Positions 8,994-19,440 are shown, counted from the first letter of the stretch. The stretch is 64,000 nt of DNA from Parazoarcus communis SWub3 = DSM 12120 (GCF_003226565.1 NZ_QKOE01000005.1:46846-110845); one strand, 5' to 3'. Numbers and translations are program-made. Notes: generated from the sequence alone by a model not told the origin.

Positions 8994-10619
8994 TCAGGCG
9001 CTGCGCAAGCGCAGTACGCGCGTCAGCCAGATGGCCAGCAACGGCAGACACAGGCCAAGCGCGGTGACCGTGATCAGTAGCACGCCCAACTCCCCATAGT
9101 TTGCCGCCGTCGTGATGGCACCGCTCGCCGGGTCACGGACTTCACGGGTGACGGTGAAGATCTGGTTCAGGTACTTTGTACCCAGTTGCGATGCGGACAG
9201 GGCCAGATTGGTGAAGGACGCCATGACCGCAAAGAAGGTCGCCTTCAGGTGGGCCGGGGCGGAGTTCGCGATCCAGGCCAGCATTGGCACCATCGCAACC
9301 TGGCCAAGCGGGGATTCGAGCGCTGTGTTGGCAATGGCGATGAAGCGCGCATCGACAATGCCGTCAGTGGCCGCCGCCGTCCATTCGTGCAGGCCGTAGA
9401 ACATGCCGATGATGGGTGAGGACAGCAGCGTGGAGGCCAGGGTCAGAAAGATCACGATGTTGGCGATGGACTTTTCTGCCATGAAGCGCCGGAACAGGAA
9501 CAGGCCGGCCAGCGTAAGCGCGCTGGTGATCAGGTCGAGCTTGGACAGGAAGGATTGATCGAAGCCGAGTTCGTCGATCATCCACCATCCTGAACCGGCA
9601 CCGCTGCCCGGCATGGCGCGGTAGATGAAGATGATGATCGCCGTACCCAGCAGCGTGCGTGCGGCTTCTGGTGGCAATTCGCGCAGCAGCTTCTGCATCA
9701 TCATCGCGATGACCGCAAAAGAACCAATGAAAATGATCTCCTGTCCGAAGGCGATACGCGAGAGCCCGACAGTCAGGGTCAGCGAGATGAAAACTGCGCT
9801 GCCGCCCAGGATCCACCAGTTTGGAGCGGTCTTTTCTTCCTGGTCGTGGACCAGTTGGTCAATTTCTGCGCGGGATTTGCCCAGCGCGGCCAGTCGCCCT
9901 GCCTCGCGGCGTTTGAGTATGCCGCCGAGGATGACGCCACTGACCGAAAGCAGCGGTATCAGCAGGGCGAGTTCGTAGATGCGAATGTAGATCGCGACCT
10001 TCTCGCTCTCAGGCAGGGTTTCTGCACCCTGGAACATGGCGACGTTGGCGAGCGATACCAGCACGCTGCCGCCGATGATGGCGACTCGACCGAGCATCTG
10101 CATGGTGGTGTGCATCAGGCGCACGGTGGCCGCATCGATGGGCTGCCCGCCAGTGTCGAGGCGGGGCACGGCTTCCACCGTCATGGCGTCCGCGACTGCG
10201 TCCTGCATCACATAACCGATCGGGGACAGAAGGACCGACAACACGAACCATGCTTCTGCCGGCATGATCGCCCGCATGGCTTCGGGGTGTCCGATCAGTC
10301 CGATCATGATCAGCAGGCTTGCTGCGATCAGGCTGGCGCCAAGATAAACCAGCCCGCTCTTGTAGCGCCACAGTAGATCGACCAGATGGCCGATCGGCAT
10401 TTTCAGTGCCCATGGAATGCCTGCCCAGAAGCCAAGTGCAGCCAGGAAGGCCGCGGACAGATCCAGATAGTCCTTGATGAAGAAGGTGCCGACGATACCC
10501 GTCAGCCCGGAAACTCCCGCAGCGCAGTACACCATTAGCGGCGGAAGGTAGGAGAGCCGCATCTCGCGACCGAGTTCGAGGATGTTGCGATCGATCCAGC
10601 GGTATACCGCACTCAGCAT
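8994..10619 (-). CDS. Folate-biopterin transporter (BT1) family membrane protein, MFS-like
   Basis: 541 aa with about 12 TM helices. The N-terminal motif FFIKDYLDLSAAFLAALGFWAGIPWALKMPIGHLVDLL matches the BT1 family signature. Confidence 0.5.
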   Translation of the reverse strand: MLSAVYRWIDRNILELGREMRLSYLPPLMVYCAAGVSGLTGIVGTFFIKDYLDLSAAFLAALGFWAGIPWALKMPIGHLVDLLWRYKSGLVYLGASLIAASLLIMIGLIGHPEAMRAIMPAEAWFVLSVLLSPIGYVMQDAVADAMTVEAVPRLDTGGQPIDAATVRLMHTTMQMLGRVAIIGGSVLVSLANVAMFQGAETLPESEKVAIYIRIYELALLIPLLSVSGVILGGILKRREAGRLAALGKSRAEIDQLVHDQEEKTAPNWWILGGSAVFISLTLTVGLSRIAFGQEIIFIGSFAVIAMMMQKLLRELPPEAARTLLGTAIIIFIYRAMPGSGAGSGWWMIDELGFDQSFLSKLDLITSALTLAGLFLFRRFMAEKSIANIVIFLTLASTLLSSPIIGMFYGLHEWTAAATDGIVDARFIAIANTALESPLGQVAMVPMLAWIANSAPAHLKATFFAVMASFTNLALSASQLGTKYLNQIFTVTREVRDPASGAITTAANYGELGVLLITVTALGLCLPLLAIWLTRVLRLRSA

Positions 10620-10649
10620 CGGGAGGTCCTTGTTGTACGGAATGTCGGT

Positions 10650-11387
10650 TCAGTGAGCAAACAGGGTTTCGATCCAGGGCAGGATCCAGGGAAGAGACAC
10701 GGCAGTCAGCAGTCCGTTCAGCCCCATCGCCAGCGCCGCAAAGGCGCCCGCCTGTTCGCTGACCTGAAAGGCGCGGGCCGTCCCGATGCCGTGAGAGGCG
10801 ATGCCGATGGCGAAACCGCGTACTGCATGGTCCTCGATCCTGAGCCACTGGTAGAGATAGCGGGCACCTACTGCGCCAAGGATGCCGGTGATGATGACCA
10901 GCACCGCCGTCAGCGATGGCAGACCGCCCAGTCGCTCCGCAACACCCATGGCAATGGGGGTGGTGACGCTCTTCGGTGCAAGCGATATCAAGGACTCCCG
11001 GCTGGCGCCAAGCATGGCACCAATGGCGTAGGCAGACAGCGCAGCGGTCAACGAACCGGCGATCAGACTGGCCAGCAGTGGCCCGGCCATCGCCTTGAGC
11101 CGGGGCCATTGGGCATACAGTGGGATGGCCAATGCGACGGTCGCAGGGCCAAGCAGGAAGTGAACGAACTGAGCACCATCGAAGTAGGTGGCGTATGGGG
11201 TGTCGGTCAGCAGCAGGATGGCAGCGAGCAGGGCGACCGAGATCAATACCGGATTGGCAAGCGGGTGGCCGCCAAGGCGTTTGTGGATCCAGCAGGCAGC
11301 CTGGTAGGCGAGCAGCGTCAGGGTCAGTCCGAGCAAGGGCGAGGTCGACAGATAGACCCAGATTTCGGTGAAGTCGCCGCTCACTGG
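10650..11387 (-). CDS. lrgB: LrgB/CidB family membrane protein
   Basis: About 245 aa from a GTG start at 11387. Composition and length fit LrgB. The upstream lrgA gene ends at 11381. Confidence 0.7.
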   Translation of the reverse strand, partial: PVSGDFTEIWVYLSTSPLLGLTLTLLAYQAACWIHKRLGGHPLANPVLISVALLAAILLLTDTPYATYFDGAQFVHFLLGPATVALAIPLYAQWPRLKAMAGPLLASLIAGSLTAALSAYAIGAMLGASRESLISLAPKSVTTPIAMGVAERLGGLPSLTAVLVIITGILGAVGARYLYQWLRIEDHAVRGFAIGIASHGIGTARAFQVSEQAGAFAALAMGLNGLLTAVSLPWILPWIETLFAH

Positions 11388-11740
11388 CGTGGCTCCGCTT
11401 GCGTGCTGCGCCCGCTCAGCGCCTTCAGCAGCAGGGCACTGACGGCGATGGCAAGAAAGGTCGAGCCGATCAGTGCTGCCGTCAGTGGCAGCCATTCGGC
11501 GCCCAAGCGATCGCCATACAGCACGATACCGGTGCCGGCCGGTACGAATAACAGCGACAGGTGCTGCAACAGCGTACTCGCCGTGCCGCGCAGGGTGTCG
11601 CTCGGACCGCCACGTACCATCAGGGTAAGGAACAGCAGTGCCATGCCGATGACCGGGCCCGGAACCGGCAGACCCAGCGCACGGACGGTGACTTCACCGA
11701 TCAGTTGATAGACGAGCAGCAGGGTAAGGGCAGATAGCAT
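11381..11740 (-). CDS. lrgA: LrgA/CidA holin-like family membrane protein
   Basis: 119 aa with 4 TM helices. The N-terminus MLSALTLLLVYQLIGE is LrgA-like. Confidence 0.65.
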   Translation of the reverse strand: MLSALTLLLVYQLIGEVTVRALGLPVPGPVIGMALLFLTLMVRGGPSDTLRGTASTLLQHLSLLFVPAGTGIVLYGDRLGAEWLPLTAALIGSTFLAIAVSALLLKALSGRSTQAEPRQ

Positions 11741-11775
11741 CAGCGCATCTCCTGGTATTGGGGGCCGGCAAACGA

Positions 11776-12711
11776 TCAAAGCAGACCATGACCGACGGTT
11801 CGGATGGCGATGCCAACCAGCGCGCCCAGCGCTGCCGGCTTCCAGACCTGGGCGACACGGCGGCCGGCGGAAATCAGCACGGCCACACCGGCGACATCCA
11901 GGGGGTGGATCAGGAAGCCGCCACTGGCGTTGAGCGAGGCGACGGTTGCGGTGCCGTTCTTCAGCATCTCGTCCATTACGCCCATGTAGGCGGTGCCACC
12001 GGCAATGTACTTGGTGAGCGTGGGCAGGATCAGGTTGGGATCGAGCCCCACCGCCAGCATGCCGGGGGCAAGCACTGCGGTCAGCAGGTCGATGGCGCCG
12101 GTCAGGCGCAGGATCATCACCGCAACCAGCGCCAGCAGCAGCATCGGAATGGCACCCACGGCAATCTTGAAGGCTTCGGCTCCCGCGCGGTTGATGACAT
12201 CCAGCACGCCCTTGGCATCGTCGGCGATACGGTGGTGCAGGGTTTCGTCCATCGTCGATTCCTGTGCCGACAGGTGGCGGCCGAACAGGTGATAGGTGAC
12301 GGCTGCTGCGGCCAGCCCGCCGACGACCGACAGCAGCAGCGTGGGTCCAAAGGCCAGGCCCATCGCGGCCATCGGAAATGTGACATTGGCCTGCGCCATG
12401 GCCATGACCATGGCCAGCGTGGCGGCAAGATGGCGATCGGAGGCGCCGCGGCTTTCCATCATCGTCAGCGTGGCCACTGGCGCAGCGAAGCTGACGAAGT
12501 TGATCTGTAGTGCGGCGAAGACGCCGAGTCCTGTCAGTCCGGCGGGTCGCAGTACGGGCGCCAGACGGGCCACGACCCAGTCGAGCACGCCACGGGCTTC
12601 GAGCAGGCGCATCAGCGACAGCATCACCACCATGATGGGGAGCAGCACGAAAAGCGAGAGCTCCACTGCCGATCGACCGGCGCGCAGGATGATGTCGGTG
12701 ATGAGGTCCAT
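11776..12711 (-). CDS. Nucleoside-recognition (Gate) domain membrane protein (SpmA/SpmB / YjiG-YjiH-like duplicated domain)
   Basis: 311 aa. Sequence resembles duplicated Gate-domain membrane proteins. Its stop codon overlaps the TTG alternative start of lrgA. Confidence 0.5.
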   Translation of the reverse strand: MDLITDIILRAGRSAVELSLFVLLPIMVVMLSLMRLLEARGVLDWVVARLAPVLRPAGLTGLGVFAALQINFVSFAAPVATLTMMESRGASDRHLAATLAMVMAMAQANVTFPMAAMGLAFGPTLLLSVVGGLAAAAVTYHLFGRHLSAQESTMDETLHHRIADDAKGVLDVINRAGAEAFKIAVGAIPMLLLALVAVMILRLTGAIDLLTAVLAPGMLAVGLDPNLILPTLTKYIAGGTAYMGVMDEMLKNGTATVASLNASGGFLIHPLDVAGVAVLISAGRRVAQVWKPAALGALVGIAIRTVGHGLL

Positions 12712-12799
12712 GTCAGAGGGGTGTGTTGCGTTGCGGTGATCGTAGCTCGAAACACGCTTTTACGGGGGCACCGCCGCGTTGCGGTGCCAGCAGCGTAAA

Positions 12800-14020
12800 A
12801 TGGCGGCCATGAATACCGTACCTCACCACACCCTGTTGCGCGGGCTGACGCTCCTGTCCGCCTTGTCGGTCCTGCCGCTGGCCCAGGCCCAGTCCGATCC
12901 GGCCTTTACCGATTGTCTGCGCGGCTTGCGTGCGGAGGCGCCGCAGCGTGGGGTGTCGCATGCGACCTTCGACGCGCATGCAGCCCGGCTGGAGCCCGAC
13001 ATGGCAGTGATCGGTTTTCTCGATGCCCAGCCCGAGTTCCGGACACCGATCTGGGATTATCTGGCAGCGCTGGTGGACGAGGAGCGCATTGCCGACGGCC
13101 GCGCCATGCTGGCGCAGTGGCAGGATGTGCTGCGCGAGGTCGAGACCCGTTATGGCGTGGATCCGGCCACTGTCGTGGCTGTCTGGGGGGTGGAGAGTAA
13201 CTACGGCCGCAACTTTGGCAGCCGGCCCTTGCTGACCTCGCTGGGCACCCTGTCGTGTTTCGGGCGCCGACAGGCCTTCTTTAGGGGTGAGTTCTTCACT
13301 ACGCTGAAGATCATCGAGGAGGGACATGTCGCGCCCGAGCGTCTGACGGGATCATGGGCCGGGGCTTTTGGACACACCCAGTTCATGCCTTCGACCTTCA
13401 TGCGGCTGGCGGTCGACTTCGATGGCGATGGCCGGCGTGACCTGGTCGACAGCATTCCCGATGCGCTGGCCTCTACCGCCAACTTCCTGCGTCGTGGTGG
13501 CTGGCGCAGCGATGAGGGCTGGGGCTTCGAAGTGGCCTTGCCTGCGGGCTTTGATGCGGGGCTGGCCGGGCGGCGCAACAAGCGCGGGCTGGCAGACTGG
13601 TCTGCCCGCGGGGTACGCCGTATCGGTGGCGGTGCCTTGCCCTCCAGCGGACCGGAACATGGGTTGTTGCTGCCGGCGGGGGTGACGGGGCCGGCCTTTC
13701 TGGTCAGCCGCAACTTTGACGTCATCTATGGCTACAACGCGGCCGAAAGCTACGCGCTGGCCATTGCCCATCTGGCAGACCGCCTGCGCGGTGCGGCGGC
13801 TTTTGCAACGCCGTGGCCGACCGATGATCCGGGTCTGTCGCGTGCCGAGCGTCGCGAGTTGCAGCAGCACCTGCTTGCGGCCGGGCATGATATTGGTGAG
13901 GCGGATGGCATGATAGGCGCACGCACCCGGGAGGCGATCAAGGTGGTGCAGGCGGAGTTGGGCATGGGCGTTGATGGCCGTGCCGGGCAGGTCTTGCTCA
14001 ACGCACTGCGGGCTCGCTGA
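12800..14020 (+). CDS. mltB: Lytic murein transglycosylase (MltB/Slt35 family) with a C-terminal peptidoglycan-binding domain
   Basis: Has a signal peptide and the lytic transglycosylase motifs AVWGVESNYG and GHTQFMPSTF. The C-terminal LQQHLLAAGHDIGEADGMIGARTREAIKVVQ is a PG-binding-1 type domain. Confidence 0.8.
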   Translation: MAAMNTVPHHTLLRGLTLLSALSVLPLAQAQSDPAFTDCLRGLRAEAPQRGVSHATFDAHAARLEPDMAVIGFLDAQPEFRTPIWDYLAALVDEERIADGRAMLAQWQDVLREVETRYGVDPATVVAVWGVESNYGRNFGSRPLLTSLGTLSCFGRRQAFFRGEFFTTLKIIEEGHVAPERLTGSWAGAFGHTQFMPSTFMRLAVDFDGDGRRDLVDSIPDALASTANFLRRGGWRSDEGWGFEVALPAGFDAGLAGRRNKRGLADWSARGVRRIGGGALPSSGPEHGLLLPAGVTGPAFLVSRNFDVIYGYNAAESYALAIAHLADRLRGAAAFATPWPTDDPGLSRAERRELQQHLLAAGHDIGEADGMIGARTREAIKVVQAELGMGVDGRAGQVLLNALRAR

Positions 14021-14069
14021 CAGCGCATCAAGCGCGTTTTTTGTCGGGGCCGTACCGGGCGGCGGGTTG

Positions 14070-16748
14070 TCAGGCCGTCGGTCGCGCGGAGTGGGCATCA
14101 CGCCAGCGTTCAAGCTCGTTTGCCGGCATGGGTCGGCCGAGCAGATAGCCTTGGTACTCCTGGCAGTGGGTTGCGGCCAGATGGGCGAGCTGCTCGGCAG
14201 TCTCGACGCCCTCGGCAATGACTTCCAGACCAAGGTTCTGCGCCATTGCCAGAATCGTGGCAACAATGGCGTCGTCGTCGGCATCGCCAGGCAGGCCTTC
14301 GACAAAGCTGCGGTCGATCTTTAGCCGGTCGACTGGCAGACGCTTGAGGTAGCTCAAGGATGAGTAGCCGATGCCAAAATCATCGATTGCCAGGGTGACG
14401 CCGAGTGACTTGACCCGGTGCAGCACCTCGATGCATTGCTCGACCCGCTTCAAGACATGCCCTTCGGTGATCTCCAGTTCGAGCAGGCCCGGGCTGACCC
14501 CGGATCGCGTCAGTGCGGTGCTGACCGTTTCGAACAGCTGACCTTGCGAGACCTGCTGCGCAGACAGATTGACCGCGACACGTAGTGGGGCGCCAGCGAG
14601 CTCCCACTCGCGCGCCTGACGGCAGGCCTCATTCAGCACCCAGTCGCCCAGTGCGCCGATCAGGCCGATGTCCTCGGCCAGCGGGATGAAGCGGTCGGGC
14701 GGAATCAGGCCGCGCTCCGGGTGCAGCCAGCGTACCAGCGCCTCCACCCCGGTCAGATTGCTGCCCCGGCAATTGGCCTGCGGCTGGTAGTACAGCTGGA
14801 GCTCCTTGCGTTCGATGGCGCGCCGCAGCCCGCTTTCGAGCTCGAAACGCTCCCGGCTGATGCGCGTCTGCTCTGCGGTGTAGAAACGGTAGGTGCTGCG
14901 TCCGGCTTCCTTGGCCTCATACATTGCCGAGTCGGCGAACCGCAGCAGGGATTCGGCATCCCTGCCGTCGTCCGGGTACAGACTGATGCCGATGCTGGCG
15001 CCGACAAAGATCTCGTGTGTGTCGAGTGTGACCGGAGACTCGAGTGTGGCAAGCAGCTTGACCGCCACCCGTGCGGCGTCATCAGGCTCGTCGATGGCTT
15101 CCAGCAGCACGACGAACTCGTCGCCGCCCTGGCGGGCCAGCGTATCCTCCTCGCGTACGACAGCAACAAGGCGCTGTGCCACTACCTGCAGCAGGCGGTC
15201 ACCCATCGGGTGCCCCAGGCTGTCGTTCACGTGCTTGAAGCGGTCGAGGTCGATGAATAGCAACGCCAGCTTGAGGTGATTGCGATTGGCTCTTTCCAGC
15301 GCGTGTTCCAGCCGGTCGGCCAGCAGGCTGCGATTCGGCAGCTGGGTCAGGGCATCGTGATGGGCGAGGTGCCGGATGCGGTTCTCTGCCTCTTTCTTGT
15401 CGCTGATGTCGGAGAACATCACAATGATGTGGCGATGCTCCTTATGGGCGGGGTTGTTGACCACGCTGATGCCGAGCCAGGCCGGGAAAGTCGCCCCACT
15501 TCGGGTGGAGAGCAGGGTTTCACCTTGCCACTCACCGTCGTCCAATACGCTGCGCCAGAGCGCGCCACGATCGGTGCCGGGGGGGCAGGCAATCCACAAG
15601 GTTTCGTCCAGCGTGTGGTTACGCAGTGCAGCCAGCGAAAAGCCGGTGATTTCGTGGCAGGCCTCGTTGGCCTCGAGTATCCGGCGTTCGGCATCGAGTA
15701 TCAGTACGGCCTGGGGACTGCCCTCGAACACCGAGGCGGCCAGTGCCATGCTTTCCGAATAGGCCGACAACTGGCGGGACTGTGCCAGCACACGCTCGGC
15801 CAGCGGGCGGATTGCCCTGGCCGTGGCCCATGCGCCGGCAACGACCAATAACGCGATTACCAGCAGTGGGCTGCCCAGCCGCAGGAGGATGGGCAGGGTG
15901 AACTCGCTGGCCGGCTTCAGGAAGGCGACCACCCAGCCAGGAAAGCCGGGCGTCGGCGCATGGACCAGCACTTCGCCCCATGTCCCATCTCCACTGACAT
16001 GCGTGATGCCTGCGCCAGGGGCACCACTGGTGATCAGTCGCTGGTATTCCTCCGCCGAACTTGCAAGCTGCCGGTCTGGACGGGTGTCGCGGCCCAATTC
16101 AAGCAGCCTGCCCTCCGTGCGATTGAACAATAACTGGCGCAAGCGCTGGCTGTTGGGTGCATCTGCCCACAGCATGTCAGCCAGGGGCTTGAATTCGAAT
16201 GCGATCAGGTCGGTACCGACCCGATCCCCATTGCGGGACAGGATGGGGGCTGCCACCAGTATCGCGGTGATGCCATCGATGATGTAAGGGCCCGAGATCG
16301 TCAGCTTGTTCTCTTCATGCGACGGCAAGTGGACAAGGCTGGGCGGAACGGGCAGGCCCAGTTCCAGCACTGGATCGTTCTCGCAGTCATAACGGACGAA
16401 GCCGGCAATCCCGCCGGCCTGATCAAGCGCCTCGCGCAGACGCGGTGCGGAGAAGGACACCAGCTCCGAGAGGCTGACCTGCCAGTGATTGTATTCATCG
16501 AGCTTGTCCCGGATTGCGCTGCGGCTGGCAATCTGACGGGCGAGTTCGGTGGTGCGGTCAAAGTACTGGGCAACCGTGCGTGCCTGGCTCGCAGCATTGG
16601 CCTGCAGCGACAAGGTGGTGATTTCGGCCGAGTGGCGGTACAGCGGAAAGGCGGTGGCGATCGCCACCAGCAGCCCGGTGATCAGGATGCCCGAAACCGC
16701 CAGCAGGCGAATACGTCCCTGCAGTTCTATGCTGTGGTCCAGGCTCAT
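14070..16748 (-). CDS. Membrane sensor diguanylate cyclase/phosphodiesterase: periplasmic Cache-like domain between two TM helices, then PAS-GGDEF-EAL
   Basis: TM1 at about aa 15-35 and TM2 at about aa 290-310. Intact GGDEF (RQGGDEFVV) and EAL motifs (ELEITEG, DDFGIGYSSLSYL). Confidence 0.85.
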   Translation of the reverse strand: MSLDHSIELQGRIRLLAVSGILITGLLVAIATAFPLYRHSAEITTLSLQANAASQARTVAQYFDRTTELARQIASRSAIRDKLDEYNHWQVSLSELVSFSAPRLREALDQAGGIAGFVRYDCENDPVLELGLPVPPSLVHLPSHEENKLTISGPYIIDGITAILVAAPILSRNGDRVGTDLIAFEFKPLADMLWADAPNSQRLRQLLFNRTEGRLLELGRDTRPDRQLASSAEEYQRLITSGAPGAGITHVSGDGTWGEVLVHAPTPGFPGWVVAFLKPASEFTLPILLRLGSPLLVIALLVVAGAWATARAIRPLAERVLAQSRQLSAYSESMALAASVFEGSPQAVLILDAERRILEANEACHEITGFSLAALRNHTLDETLWIACPPGTDRGALWRSVLDDGEWQGETLLSTRSGATFPAWLGISVVNNPAHKEHRHIIVMFSDISDKKEAENRIRHLAHHDALTQLPNRSLLADRLEHALERANRNHLKLALLFIDLDRFKHVNDSLGHPMGDRLLQVVAQRLVAVVREEDTLARQGGDEFVVLLEAIDEPDDAARVAVKLLATLESPVTLDTHEIFVGASIGISLYPDDGRDAESLLRFADSAMYEAKEAGRSTYRFYTAEQTRISRERFELESGLRRAIERKELQLYYQPQANCRGSNLTGVEALVRWLHPERGLIPPDRFIPLAEDIGLIGALGDWVLNEACRQAREWELAGAPLRVAVNLSAQQVSQGQLFETVSTALTRSGVSPGLLELEITEGHVLKRVEQCIEVLHRVKSLGVTLAIDDFGIGYSSLSYLKRLPVDRLKIDRSFVEGLPGDADDDAIVATILAMAQNLGLEVIAEGVETAEQLAHLAATHCQEYQGYLLGRPMPANELERWRDAHSARPTA

Positions 16749-16844
16749 CCACCCTTACCATGCCCTTGTCGTTTGCGCGGATATTATCCTTTCGTGCAAG
16801 TTTGAGCCAAGATTTTCCATGTCGCTGGCTTGATCGGACGTCGG

Positions 16845-18185
16845 TCAGCGGCCCGCGACCTTCATCTGCTCGATCAGAATCGAGCCGCAGTGCTTGGCTC
16901 CGCGTGGCAGGTCGTCGTTGCCGATGGCGACGATGTTGCGGAACATGTCGCGCAGGTTGCCGGCGATGGTGACTTCCTCGACGGCGTGCTTGATCTTGCC
17001 CTTTTCCACCCAGAAGCCGGCTGCGCCGCGTGAGTAGTCGCCGGTGACATAGTTGACGCCGTGCCCGAGTAGCTCGGTGACGAGCAGGCCCTTGTCCATC
17101 TTTCGGATCAGTGCGTCGAGATCGTCGGTACCGGCCTTGACCCGCAGGTTGTGCGAGCCACCTGCATTGCCGGTGGTCTGCATGCCGAGTTTGCGTGCCG
17201 AGTAGGTAGAAAGGAAATAGCCCTGCAGCACACCGTCGATGACGACTTCGCGATCACGGGTGGCGACGCCGTCGCTGTCGAAGTAGCTGGTGCCGAAGGC
17301 TTTCTTCAGATGTGGGCGCTCGGCGATGCTGACCACCGGCGAGAAGATCTGCTGGCCCAGGCTGTCGAGCAGGAAGCTGGACTTGCGGTATAGCGAGCCT
17401 CCGCTGACGGCCTGGACGAAATTGCCGACCAGGGTCAGGGCCAGTGGGGCCTCGAAAATCACCGGAACCTGGCAGGTGCGGATTTTTTTGGCGCCAAGAC
17501 GGGCGAGGGCGCGCTCACCCGCAATACGACCGACGTCTTCTGCACTCATCAGGTCAGCGGCGTCGCGGCGGGAGTCGTACCAGTACTCGCGCTGCATGGC
17601 GTCACCCTCGCCGGCAATCACCGAGCAGGACAGGCCGTGCCGGGTGCTGGCGTAACCGCCAATGAAGCCCTGGCTGTTGGCGGAAACGAAGTGGGATTGC
17701 TGGATCGAGACGTTGCCGCCCTCGGAGTTGGTGATCCGGGGGCTGACCGCGTAGGCCGCCTCCTCGCAGCGACGGGCGAGCTCGATGGCGCCTTCAACGC
17801 TGATGTCCCAGGGGTGGAAGTTGTCCAGGTCGGGGGCATCATGCGCCATCAGTGCCTTGTCGGCTAGGCCGGCGCAGGGGTCGGGGGCGGTGAAGCGGGC
17901 GATCGACAGCGCCGCTTCGACGGTGGATTTGAGTGCCGCCTTGGAGAAATCCGAGGTGCTCGCATGGCCGCGCTGCTGACCGATGTAGACGGTGATGCCG
18001 ATACCCTTGTCGCGGTTGTATTCGATGGTTTCGACCTCGCCCTTGCGGACGCCGACGGATTGGCCGAAGCCTTCCGAGACATCGGTTTCGCAGGCGGAGG
18101 CCCCGCCTTTTCTGGCGTATTTGAGGATGTCGGTGGCGATTTCGCGCAGGTGCGCCTGGGAGAAGGAGAAGCCGGAAGCGGACAT
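16845..18185 (-). CDS. pmbA: TldD/PmbA family metalloprotease (PmbA/TldE)
   Basis: 446 aa. Homologous in sequence to E. coli PmbA and divergent from yjgA, as in E. coli. Confidence 0.85.
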   Translation of the reverse strand: MSASGFSFSQAHLREIATDILKYARKGGASACETDVSEGFGQSVGVRKGEVETIEYNRDKGIGITVYIGQQRGHASTSDFSKAALKSTVEAALSIARFTAPDPCAGLADKALMAHDAPDLDNFHPWDISVEGAIELARRCEEAAYAVSPRITNSEGGNVSIQQSHFVSANSQGFIGGYASTRHGLSCSVIAGEGDAMQREYWYDSRRDAADLMSAEDVGRIAGERALARLGAKKIRTCQVPVIFEAPLALTLVGNFVQAVSGGSLYRKSSFLLDSLGQQIFSPVVSIAERPHLKKAFGTSYFDSDGVATRDREVVIDGVLQGYFLSTYSARKLGMQTTGNAGGSHNLRVKAGTDDLDALIRKMDKGLLVTELLGHGVNYVTGDYSRGAAGFWVEKGKIKHAVEEVTIAGNLRDMFRNIVAIGNDDLPRGAKHCGSILIEQMKVAGR

Positions 18186-18250
18186 GGGCAGGAGACCGGG
18201 TTGGCAAAGGCTATAATCTTAACCCGTTCCCGCCCGATGCTTGCCTTACG

Positions 18251-18853
18251 ATGGCCTCTCACCGCGATTCATCCCGTTATCACGACCCGGAGTTCGAAGA
18301 CGACAGCTTCGACGAGCCGCCCAGTAAATCCAGCCGCAAGCGTGCCATGCAGGCACTGCAGGACCTTGGGGCCGAGCTTGTTGCGCTGTCTACCGATCAA
18401 CTCAAGAAAGTGCCCTTGCCCGATTCGCTCTTCCTCGCGATCCGCGAGGCGCAGCGCTTCACCCGCAAGGATGAAGCCCTGCGCCGCCAGATGCAGTACA
18501 TCGGCAAGCTGATGCGCACTGTCGATCCCGAACCCATTCAGGCCCAGCTCGATGTCTTCCGTGGCCTGTCTTCGGCCGAGATTGCGCGCCAGCACCGCCT
18601 GGAAAAACTGCGCGTCGATCTGATCGAGGACGAAAAGGTGATCGAGACCATCGTCGAGCGATGGCCGCAGGTGGATCTGCAGCATCTGCGCACGCTGAGA
18701 CGCAATGCCATCAAGGAGCGCGAGCAAAGCCGCCCGCCCAAGGCCTTCCGCGAGATCTTCAAGGTGTTGCGTGATCTGGATGCAGCAGATGCCGCGGCTG
18801 ATGATGCGGGTGAGCAGGATAACGATGACAGCAACAGACCGGAGCATTCATGA
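18251..18853 (+). CDS. yjgA: Ribosome-associated protein YjgA (DUF615, DarP)
   Basis: 200 aa and basic, resembling YjgA. The pmbA/yjgA divergent arrangement is conserved. Confidence 0.75.
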   Translation: MASHRDSSRYHDPEFEDDSFDEPPSKSSRKRAMQALQDLGAELVALSTDQLKKVPLPDSLFLAIREAQRFTRKDEALRRQMQYIGKLMRTVDPEPIQAQLDVFRGLSSAEIARQHRLEKLRVDLIEDEKVIETIVERWPQVDLQHLRTLRRNAIKEREQSRPPKAFREIFKVLRDLDAADAAADDAGEQDNDDSNRPEHS

Positions 18854-19440
18854 GTGAACACATCAAGATCGGCCTGGTGTCGATCAGCGACCGTGCATCC
18901 GACGGCCGCTACGAGGATCAGGGCATTCCTGCCCTCAAGGACTGGTTGGGTCGGGCGCTGACCTCGCCATGGACGGCAGAGACCCGATTGATTCCCGATG
19001 AGCGGGCACGGATCGAGGCGACCCTGATCGAGCTGGCTGATGTGGCGGGTTGCCACCTGATCCTGACCACCGGGGGAACGGGCCCGGCTCCTCGCGATGT
19101 GACGCCGGAGGCCACCCTTGCCGTTGGCGACAAGGAAATGCCCGGCTACGGTGAAGAGATGCGCCGCATCAGCCTGAACTTCGTCCCGACCGCCATCCTG
19201 TCGCGTCAGGTTGCAGTCATCCGCGGCAACTGCCTGATCATCAATCTGCCAGGGCAGCCGAAGTCGATCAAGGAAACCCTGGAGGGGGTGCGGGCCGCCG
19301 ATGGCAGCGTGGTGCATGTCGGCATCTTTGCCGCAACGCCGTATTGCATCGACCTGATCGGTGGTCCGTACATCGAGACCGACGAGACGGTGATCAAGGC
19401 CTGGCGACCGAAACACGCGATCCGGCCAAAGCAGGATTGA
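18850..19440 (+). CDS. mogA: Molybdopterin adenylyltransferase MogA
   Basis: Close full-length alignment to E. coli MogA (GLVSISDRAS, LTTGGTGPA, NLPGQPKSIKETLEGV). ATGA overlap with yjgA. Confidence 0.9.
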   Translation: MSEHIKIGLVSISDRASDGRYEDQGIPALKDWLGRALTSPWTAETRLIPDERARIEATLIELADVAGCHLILTTGGTGPAPRDVTPEATLAVGDKEMPGYGEEMRRISLNFVPTAILSRQVAVIRGNCLIINLPGQPKSIKETLEGVRAADGSVVHVGIFAATPYCIDLIGGPYIETDETVIKAWRPKHAIRPKQD

